64,000 nucleotides of DNA from Podarcis vaucheri. Lineage: Eukaryota. Numbering within the stretch: position 1 is the stretch's first letter; each line of letters opens with the position of its first letter. Below the pieces are notes generated by a model. It worked only from the letters and a program-made list of their open reading frames with translations. It made no database searches and was not told the origin of the DNA. Location: NCBI GenBank assembly GCA_965113315.1, contig OZ220364.1, one strand, 5' to 3'. Below, piece by piece: positions 13,091 through 21,776 of the stretch. The position numbers were made by a program, and so were the translations under genes.

Positions 13091-13327
13091 AGCCAGTGTG
13101 GTGTAGTGGTTAAGAGCGGTAGTCTCGTAATCTGGGGAACCGGGTTCGCGTCTCCACTCCTCCACATGCAGCTGCTGGGTGACCTTGGGCTAGTCACACT
13201 TCTCTGAAGTCTCTCAGCCCCACTCACCTCACAGAGTGTTTGTTGTGGGGGAGGAAGGGAAAGGAGAATGTTAGCCGCTTTGAGACTCCTGAAGGGGAGT
13301 GAAATCTAAACTCTTCTTCTTCTTCTT
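13091..13327 (+). mobile_element. tRNA-derived SINE, Squam3-like, with (CTT)n tail
   Basis: A-box TGGTGTAGTGG, B-box GGTTCGCGTC, CTT tail, flanking CTTCAGAT(AG) repeat; near-identical to the copy at 15525. Confidence 0.85.
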
Positions 13328-15092
13328 CAGATAGATAGTGATCAGTTTAGAGCAGTTTCAATGCACGCACACAACTTGCTCATTCAGTGGCAGCAGCAGG
13401 AAGTCAGTACGTATAGGCTGAGTGAAAATGATGCCTGCTACGGACTCAAAAACTGTGGATTTAGGTTCTCAGTGAGAACAGAATAAGAAGGTTTGTTAAA
13501 CAGATAGTGAATGGTAGCTTCATAACAAGGTGAATGTTGGGATGGGAAACATAATTAATTCATTGTGGGGGTTATAGGCCCCCCATAAACTATAATCCAT
13601 TCTCCTCTACAACCAAGGCTGATGTATACTTTTTGCCAAGTCTTGTGTCAGAACTCCCCTGTCAGTGAGATTATGTTTGATATTTGACAGTAAGATCAAT
13701 ATTAAGGAAAGGTCTGAGCAAAGTCTTGGTGATTGTTTTCATTGCTATAGTTTTTTTTAAGCCTCTTATTTTCTGTTTGGTTGCTCCCATGAATTTTATA
13801 AGTGTGTTACCTTTATCAGGAAAATGATAGTTGTTTTGTCTCATTAATGTATAAGGAATTTTGTTTTGTTTTTTGTTTTTTAAAAAAGTTGGGGACCAGA
13901 GGAAAACAAACTTACCTCATCTTGGTCATCGCGGCACAGTAACAGGCTCTGTTCTGCATACTGAAATGTCTGTTCCTTGTTCTTTGTTACTGCTTCCTTT
14001 ATCCTGCTTTTTTTTAAAAAAAAATCTGTAGTCTAAAAGATATCTTCTTGGTCTCCTAATAATGCTAATCTATCTAAACTGCTTTCCCATTTCCAGTGAA
14101 AGGTCAGCAGAGTAAGTTGATTGCTCCACCTAGTGGTTACAAGGCAGACAGCAACCTTTTGGGAGATAGGACTCCCAGCAAGAATCCAGTTCTGCTCCTG
14201 TCATTGGTCGCTACTGCTCTCGCTGATCTTCCAGGTTTTCTCTCTGAATTTCTTCTGTGACAGAAAAGGAAAAATTAGGAGTTAATAATAGTCCTCTTTC
14301 CCTGTGGCCATGTTCCCCTTTGTTTCCCTGCACTCCCCTGAAGGAGTTGCGGTGCTTGCTCCTTTAAAGAAGGCTACTAAGGCAAAATGGGAGCATTCCC
14401 CAAAATATAAAAAGCTGTACCTATTGTGAATACATTTTACACCTTGGAAACTGAATTCACTGACTCCCTTAAAACCCCTAGCATGTATTGTCCTATTTCT
14501 CTCTTAGTTTCCGAAAATCTACATCCCAGAGGTGGGGATTCACAATTAAAGGACCCCACTGAATGCAGATTGAACTATGCAATCCATAAAACACATGAAG
14601 CCCCCACCCTGCCCAGTAGAGCAGAATGAACAGCCTCTGTTTTTATCTAAACATCTATAAGATAAGCTCTTAGATGAGCCCTTAGACCCATCAAACCAGG
14701 ATACAAGTTGCACATGTCAAACCCTACTAAAAATCCGTTGCTTAGCTGCCTTCATAGCAGATGCTACTATGGATTCCTCTCAATGTGCTTCTTGAGTCCT
14801 TGTAGCAGATGTGGTCACCAGATGCACTTAATGGCTCAAACACTGGGATGTAGACACTCTTATGTCAGCCTCTCCATCGCGTCATATGCAGGAGGCAAGC
14901 TTCTCAGGGAGGATGCCCTAAAGGACATCTTAGTCTAGATGACAAGTGGAAGGTATTGCTAGCATACAAGACGGACAAGCAGCAGAATAGGCACCGTTCT
15001 CCACATTTCTACAATCAGTCCTTTTAGAACTACTGACGAGTTCCTGGTCAGTTAAAAAAAAAAGCCGTATCTCCCCAACTTATCACCTAATA

Positions 15093-15435
15093 CAGTGGTG
15101 CCTCGCAAGACGAAAAGAATCCGTTCTGTGATTCTCTTCGTCTAGCGGTTTTTTCGTCTTGCGAAGCAAGCCCATTGACGGATTAGCGGATTAGCTCTAT
15201 TAGCGGCTTTTATCGGCATTTAGCAGCTTATCGGCTGATCGGATCAGCTGATAAGCGGCTTAGCGGCTTAGAAAAAGGGGGGGAGGAAAAAAACCCGCAG
15301 GAACTCGCAAGACATTTTCGTCTTGCGAAGCAAGCCCATAGGAGATTTGTTTTGCGAAGCACCTCCAAAATGGAAAACTCTTTCGTCTAGCGAGTTTTCC
15401 GTCTTGCGAGGCATTCGTCTTGCGGGGCACCACTG
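15093..15435. mobile_element. Tc1/mariner (Tigger-like) MITE nested in the DIRS1 element
   Basis: TA|CAGTGGTGCCTCGCAAGACG...CGTCTTGCGGGGCACCACTG|TA. Confidence 0.9.
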
Positions 15436-15524
15436 TACATTTTGGAGAACTCTTGTACACCACCAAAAGCCTCATCTCCTTAGCCCTGGAAAGATTTCAG
15501 AAAGCAAATCTGCAGTACAGCCTT

Positions 15525-15775
15525 AGCCAGTGTGGTGTAGTGGTTAAGAGCAGTAGTCTCGTAATCTGGGGAACCGGGTTCGCGTCTCCGCTCCTCCACA
15601 TGCAGCTGCTGGGTGACCTTGGGCCAGTCACACTTCTTTGAAGTCTCTCAGCCCCACTCACCTCACAGAGTGTTTGTTGTGGGGGAGGAAGGGAAAGGAG
15701 AATGTTAGCCGCTTTGAGACTCCTGAAGGGGAGTGAAAGGCGGGATATCAAATCCAAACTCTTCTTCTTCTCTTC
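15525..15775 (+). mobile_element. tRNA-derived SINE, Squam3-like, nested in the DIRS1 element
   Basis: Same sequence as the copy at 13091, with A/B boxes and CTT tail. Confidence 0.85.
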
Positions 15776-18310
15776 TTAGCCCACATTCACGGCAATATAA
15801 TGGTGGTGGTACATGTCCTTGGCCTCTGCGTCTCAGCAACTCCTTGGGTGAAGCACCATGCTTGGCCCCTCCAGTGGGCCCTACTGCCATTTCCGAAAAA
15901 CATTGCCCTCAGCAGGCGCCTTCACATCAGGCTGTCACCCCAGCTCCATCACAGTCTGCAATGGTGAACTGACCTAGTCATCTTGAGGAGGGACTCCCAG
16001 CAAATGATAATACCTTCAGATGCCAGACTCGTCTGTTGGGGCACACATTGCAGGGATCTCTCAGTCCAGGGCCAGTGGTCTGCAGCAGAATCCTCCATGA
16101 GCATCAACTGGCTGGAGCTTTGAGCCACCCACGTAGCCCTTCTGCACCTTGCACAACATCTCTCTGGAACATGTATGTACATCTGGACAGACAATACCAA
16201 AGCCAAACGAAACATCAACAGGCAAGGTTCAGCTTGATCCCTGAATCTGCAGCAAGAAACAACCCTCCTCGTGCACTAGGCAGGGATCAACATTCAATCA
16301 GTCACAACTACTGAGCACATATATGGACTTAAGAACACTCGGGCAAACTTGTTTTCCAACTACTCCAGCAAAGCTTCAGCCAATGCAAAATCAATCTCTC
16401 TATATCTAATAGGGATTGTCAACTTCCACAATTCTTCACCAGGTTTCACACCCCATCATTGGAGGCCTGGAGCACCCTGCTCTCCCCCTGGCCACAGAGT
16501 CAACTCTATGCTTTCCCTCCAACTCCCATACTCCCATGGGTCCTCAGGAAAATCAGGGAAGAAAAGGCAAGAGTGCTCCTCATCACTCGGTTCTGGCCAC
16601 AGTGTTCTTGGTTTCCGCAGGTACTGAGCCTAGTACTCTCCTCTCTGTGGCGACTCCCCCAACTACTGGACATCCTAATTCAAGGTCTGATCCTTCACCC
16701 AGATCCTGTCTGGTTGCATCTGACTGCATGGTTTTTGACCAGAGATGGCTGACAGATGGATCTCACTCCAGACATCATAGATATTCTGCTGCACTGTGGA
16801 AAATCTTTGACTCTACATATCTACCAAGTCACCTGGAAATCTTTCCTCCTGAGGTGCTCTACTGAAGGGTGTAAAATCAATAACCCCGATATCTCTACCA
16901 TCTTACAATTCCTTCAAGACGACCAGAGAAAAGGCCTGAAGCCCAGTGTGCTAAAACAACAGGCAGCAGTGGTCTCCTCCATTCTCTCAAGGCTGCACTC
17001 CCCTTCCTTCTCCTCTCACCCATTCCTGAAACACTTTCCCCAGGGAGCATCTCTTAAATGCCCTCTGACTTTCCATAGATTCCCCTCCTGGGACCTTCAC
17101 AGGGTTCTCTCTTCAACACCCTCTTTTTTTTAACCTCTCAGCAAGGTGGCTCCTTTCTTTGAAAATGGTCTTCCTCATCGCAATCACCTCCGCCTGCAGA
17201 GTCTCCAAGTTGAATGCTCTTTCTGTTGCCAAACACCTCTGTGTCTTCCATAGAAACAGAGTAGTGCTAAGGACCGAGACCCCCAAGTGTCTTCTGCAGA
17301 TTCCATCTCTGGAAGGAGATGGTTCTTCTCTCCTACATCCCTACTCCATCCTCTGGAAAAGGCCTGACATTCCCTGGACGTCTGCAGAACCCTGAAGATT
17401 TACACTGCTGGAACTAAAGCCCATAGGCTAACTGAAACCCTGTTTGCATCCTTTCACCCACCCGCACTGGGCAGGAAGATGTCTTCTTCCACCCTTTCTA
17501 GGTGGATCAGGGCATGTATAGCACTAGCCTAAGAGGTGCAGTGGTTTCCTATCTCTTCAGCACACCATGGCTCATTCTGCAAAAGCCACAGCAGCCAGGG
17601 GTATGTTTTCTTCTCCTGCTTTTCTACAGGGGATCTGCAGGGCCGCTACTTGGGCAGCACCCAGGACCTTCAAGCACTGCCGCCTGGATGCCTACGCATC
17701 CTCAGACGCAGCTTTGGGCAGAAGGGTTCTGCAACAGGTCCTCCTGCTATGAAGCTGCACTCTCTCCTTAGAAAGATTAGCTGCTGTGCGTCCTGCTGAC
17801 CCTTTCACTGGAAATGGGGGAAAGTACAGTTGTACCTACCTGAAAGGTAGCTTTCCATTTCTTGATGAAAGGCCAGCAGACCCTGCCCTAGTTGGTCTGG
17901 CTACAAGATTCTTGTTATTAGCACAGTCACATTGACATTAGGAGGTAGCATGTTTCTTCTTCTTTCTATTCTTACACTCCTGGCTGTCGAGCCTGGATGC
18001 ATGCTGGGAGTCCTACCTCCCAAAATGTTGCTGTGTGCCTTGTGATCGCTAGGTGGAGCCATCGCCCCACTCTGCTGACCTTTCACTAGGAAATGGAAAA
18101 AACTACACTTCAGGTAGGTACAACTCGTATTTTTCTCATGATCAAGAAGTACACGGTTCTCTTACCACTCGCTGCCTTCAGAGCAGGACATAACCTAACA
18201 GCTTGGGGCCAGTCCCAAAACTCACTTGATTCAGTGAGTTTAAAAAGTCAGCCTTCAGTCCCATCAAATATTACAGCATTACCCAAATTCAATCTGTTTC
18301 CATCCTTCAG

Positions 18311-18433
18311 CTGTTCCAGCAGCACCAAGCAGCTGGAGTCTGGACAGCGGAACCAGAGAGGCCTTGCCATTCCTGTCTACTCATGTTGGGAGCATCCTGG
18401 CCCCACCAGTACCTCCCCGAAGCCTGCCCCATG
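18311..18433 (+). CDS. DOCK3: DOCK3 probable cassette exon (AVPAAPSSWSLDSGTREALPFLSTHVGSILAPPVPPRSLPHG)
   Basis: ccttcag acceptor, ATG|gtaagg donor; 123 nt, symmetric phase 1-1, open frame; resembles the recalled DOCK4 segment PTPSSWSLDSG...PPVPPR. Confidence 0.85.
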
Positions 18434-19109
18434 GTAAGGAAATGGCCAGTAGGTCTGCAGAAGAAATCCTGCACTAATGCCCAATTAAACCATGTGAAAG
18501 CAAACAGTGCCACCTGTTTGCCTTCTGAAAAATGAAACAGGAGTAAAAGGAAGAGAAGGCTACACCAACTCTCTTGGCTGACGATTTCATAAATCTTTAA
18601 AAAAACAAAAAAGCAGTACTATAAATGTGCTTTGGGACTGGAATTGGGCTTGAGTGATGTACACTAGCCCAGTGTCTTGCTAAAAACTGTACAGTACAAT
18701 CCCATGCATGTTTACTCAGAAGTAAGTCACTTTGAGTTCAATGGGACTTACTACAAGGTTAGCGTGTATGGGATTGCAGCCTAAGTTTAAAAAATAAAAC
18801 ATTGAGCTCCAGTTATTGAAGATAAATTAAGGTTTCAGATATTTAATGCTAAAGAGCCTGTTGTCTTGCCACGGGAGCCTTGATATGATAACAACTGTGT
18901 GTGTTACACTGTGTTGCTGCCTTCATTTGCCGTTTGTTGTTGTGTACATTGAGTTACAATTTACCATGTAAAATAATTGGTTTCTAGGAAACTGACACTG
19001 CACTATCAGGACATATCTGTCTAACTAGCATCACAGGACATTTAAGAGTTGGAAATGCTATTTCTGATTAACTGCTCACAGATAACTTTTTCCATTTATC
19101 TCATTTAAG

Positions 19110-19192
19110 GTCACTACTCGCTGCATTTTGATGCCTTCCATCACCATCTTAATGATGCCCCCCCAGCACTGCCTGCACGGACGCTACGTAAG
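19110..19192 (+). CDS. DOCK3: DOCK3 penultimate coding exon (GHYSLHFDAFHHHLNDAPPALPARTLRK)
   Basis: catttaag acceptor, AAG|gtaaaa donor; 83 nt, phase 1 to 0. Confidence 0.95.
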
Positions 19193-20522
19193 GTAAAACT
19201 ATATCTCAAATTGCAGAACCACCCTCTAATTCAGCCAGCATACTGAGAGCAATTCTGTCATCCACCTCTTTGTATATTTATACTGATTTACTCTACTGTA
19301 CGCCCTGTGATATTACCGGGAGATTTATCACCTTGCTAAACTTGATGAGGTGGGAAAGGGTGTTTCTCCTGCTTGTTTATTTAAAACAATTAAAAGATCC
19401 TCAAGCTGTTATAGCAGTGTGTGGTAAGCCCACATTTCCTGAGAGTTAGGGTACTCGGAAAGCAGCAAGGGGAGCCTTTTCAAAGCACTTTCCCTGATTG
19501 ACTTTCAAATTGCTCTTCCTAGTTAAGCATGGGTCTCCTTTGAAAGTGTAGAGCCATCCAGAGCCACCCTTTCAAAGCACTCTTCTGTACCTGCTCAAAC
19601 AGGGAGAAGAGAGTGCTTTGAAACCACAGTCTGTGCCAGCAGGAATTGCACTTTCAAAGCACTCTTCTTGCTGCTTTGAGAATGGTCCATCCCCAAAGAA
19701 ATATGGCCTTAATTCACACTGCTATGAGTACTCAAAAGGGTTGTTTTTTAAAAGTTAAAGAAGCATTGGGAGGCCTCATCTACTGCTTGAAAACTGAGGA
19801 AATTTTGCTCATCCACCCCATTTTCAGGGATTTCCGGAAACTGGTAGATTGTGCAGGTTGGTCTATGGTTGAGGGCAGTTAAAGTGTCAGGAGGTAAGGG
19901 TGGGGAAATGAAAGCAGAAGGAATTGGCCTCCTTAATTCCCCAACAGCTATTGTATTCCGGAGGAAAGCTTTTGATTGGTGTGATGTGCTCCTTGAAGTT
20001 GTCCTCCCACACTGTTCACCTCACTTCCGGCAACTATATACAGTAACAGAACAGCAGCCAGCCTCAATCCTGAGCCCTTTAGTACTATAGCACAGCACAG
20101 GTTTTAGAAGGGCAGAAGAGAGAAGAAATGTAGCCTCTTGCAAACCCCAGTACTAAAAGTTAAAAGTGGACATGGAGCAGCAAGTGGTACCTGTAAATCT
20201 GTTGCTATGTACATGCACCAATACTCAAAATATTCATCCTGCTCTTACTATGTGAAATTGTAATGAGAGAAAGCTCAGCTGCACAATATGGATAGGGGCT
20301 GAAGTCAAGCCTTGAAAATCTGTTCTAAATTGCATTGTTGCTGCAAATTAAAATTAACTTTGGAAGTATATGTTTATTCTTAGTAAGTGCTTTGATTTTG
20401 GAATATCTGAGTATACCAGGGTAGCAGACAATATTATGTAGGGGAGTGTTTTGCTTATTTTGTTTATTTTATATGCCAGCCTTCATCCGAGGATCGCAGG
20501 ACAATTTTCAATATAAAAATAC

Positions 20523-20703
20523 AGATAGGTAGCCGTGTTGGTCTGCCATAGTCAAAATAAAAAAATTCCTTCCAGTAGCACCTTAAAGACCAACTAGGTT
20601 AGTTCTTGGTATGAGCTTTCGTGTGCATGCACACGAAAGCTCATACCAAGAACTAACTTAGTTGGTCTTTAAGGTGCTACTGGAAGGAATTTTTTTATTT
20701 TGA
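20523..20703. mobile_element. Penelope-like element remnant forming a 152-bp palindrome
   Basis: taggtagccgtgttggtctg..ccttccagtagcacctta.agaccaacta terminus shared with the copy at 48483; flanking 13-bp direct repeat AATATAAAAATAC. Confidence 0.75.
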
Positions 20704-21269
20704 ATATAAAAATACTTAACTATAGGCTGTATTGGATACAGTGACTGATGCAAAGAACAGGACTTCTATGTATTGATAGCAATTGTGTAGAAGAGGAAAT
20801 TTTGATAGCTGCACCATCTTAAATACCCTACACTTTCTATAATTAAAGGCAGATAAATCTTGCCCTCCTTCCTATCTGATCACTTTATTGTTGTAAATAT
20901 CAAGAAGGCAAGAGTTAGCCACAACACAATTGCAATTGTTTTGGTTCAGTTTAATTTCCCCGTACCTCAAGGTATTATTACACTGCGGGTGTTTCCATTT
21001 GGAAAGCTAGAGAAGGCAGGGAATACATATTTCATAGCTGTCAACTTTTCCCTTTTCTTGCGAAGAATCCTATTCGGAATAAGGGAATTTCCCTTTAAAA
21101 AAGGGAAACGTTGACAGCTATGATATTTGTTTATATTTGAACACAAAATCTATAAAGCAGGAATTAATGTTCTGTGATCGGTGTGAGACGAATTAACCAC
21201 GGAAGTGCGGAAATATTTCTTTGTACGTTTTGACATACGTATGAATGTTCTGTGTCGTTTTTTAAACAG

Positions 21270-21776
21270 TCGCCACTTCATCCGATTCCTGCATCACCCA
21301 CAAGCCCCCAGTCTGGCCTGGATGGAAGCAACTCTACCCTTTCAGGCAGTGCAAGCAGTGGCGTCTCCTCGTTAAGTGAAAGTAACTTTGGGCATTCATC
21401 CGAGCCCCCTCCTCGAACAGACACTATGGATTCTGTCCCTAGCCAGGCGTGGAATACTGATGAAGACTTAGAGACACCCTACCTTCCCGTCAGGTATAGT
21501 CTCTCAGAGCCTGATGTCCTGGAAACACTCAAATCCCAGCCGTGCCGAAGCCACTCTGCTCCATCGGGAGTCATTCCTCAGGACGCTGTGGACCCTCCAG
21601 CTCTGCCCCCTAAACCATACCACTCCCGCCTTCCAAACATGGAAAACGAGGAGGGGATGATCTTGGAAGAGGATGAAAAACACCGGGCGCTACATCGCAA
21701 AATTTCCCAGCCAACTAGCGGTGTGAAAGAGGAGCAAGCCAGGGTAGCGTGGGAGCATGGCATCAGTGAGCAGTAG
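21270..21776 (+). CDS. DOCK3: DOCK3 terminal coding exon (SPLHPIPASPTSPQSGLDGSNS...PPALPPKP...EEQARVAWEHGISEQ*)
   Basis: ttttaaacag acceptor, TAG at 21774-21776; part of ORF 21252..21776; matches the recalled proline-rich DOCK3 C-terminus. Confidence 0.96.
   Translation, partial: SPLHPIPASPTSPQSGLDGSNSTLSGSASSGVSSLSESNFGHSSEPPPRTDTMDSVPSQAWNTDEDLETPYLPVRYSLSEPDVLETLKSQPCRSHSAPSGVIPQDAVDPPALPPKPYHSRLPNMENEEGMILEEDEKHRALHRKISQPTSGVKEEQARVAWEHGISEQ

Larger units (their letters stand above)
14083..18134 (+). mobile_element. Decayed DIRS1-type tyrosine-recombinase retrotransposon: ITRs, ICR, gag, partial RT, RNase H, methyltransferase-like and YR remnants
   Basis: Left ITR about 14083-14195 is the reverse complement of right ITR about 17990-18097; ICR at 17793-17880; gag-like AFIADATMDS/WLKHWDVD/GGKLL; RNase H-like SDAR..WG..QGQWS..SINWLEL; LYAFPP..FWPQCSWF (ORF 16459); YR FLIAITSACRVSKL (ORF 17159) and AHS..ICRAATW (ORF 17567); many stops and frameshifts. 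Confidence 0.9.

Noticed and set aside
13091-13165. tRNA-like sequence with A and B boxes (also at 15525)
   Set aside because: It is the head of a SINE, continuing into body and CTT tail; not a tRNA gene
13879-14031. Open frame after aaaaaag in the DOCK3 intron as another exon
   Set aside because: Poor acceptor, no convincing donor and no resemblance to DOCK proteins
15200-15270. Short repeated tagcgg/cagctga units resembling an array
   Set aside because: Interior of a MITE, mirrored at about 28010-28080; no repeat-spacer structure, and the DNA is eukaryotic, so not CRISPR
16756-17800. Possible functional or domesticated tyrosine recombinase gene
   Set aside because: Split over several frames by frameshifts and stops; the catalytic region is degenerate (AHSAK for AHSTR, KHCRLD for KHYRLD)
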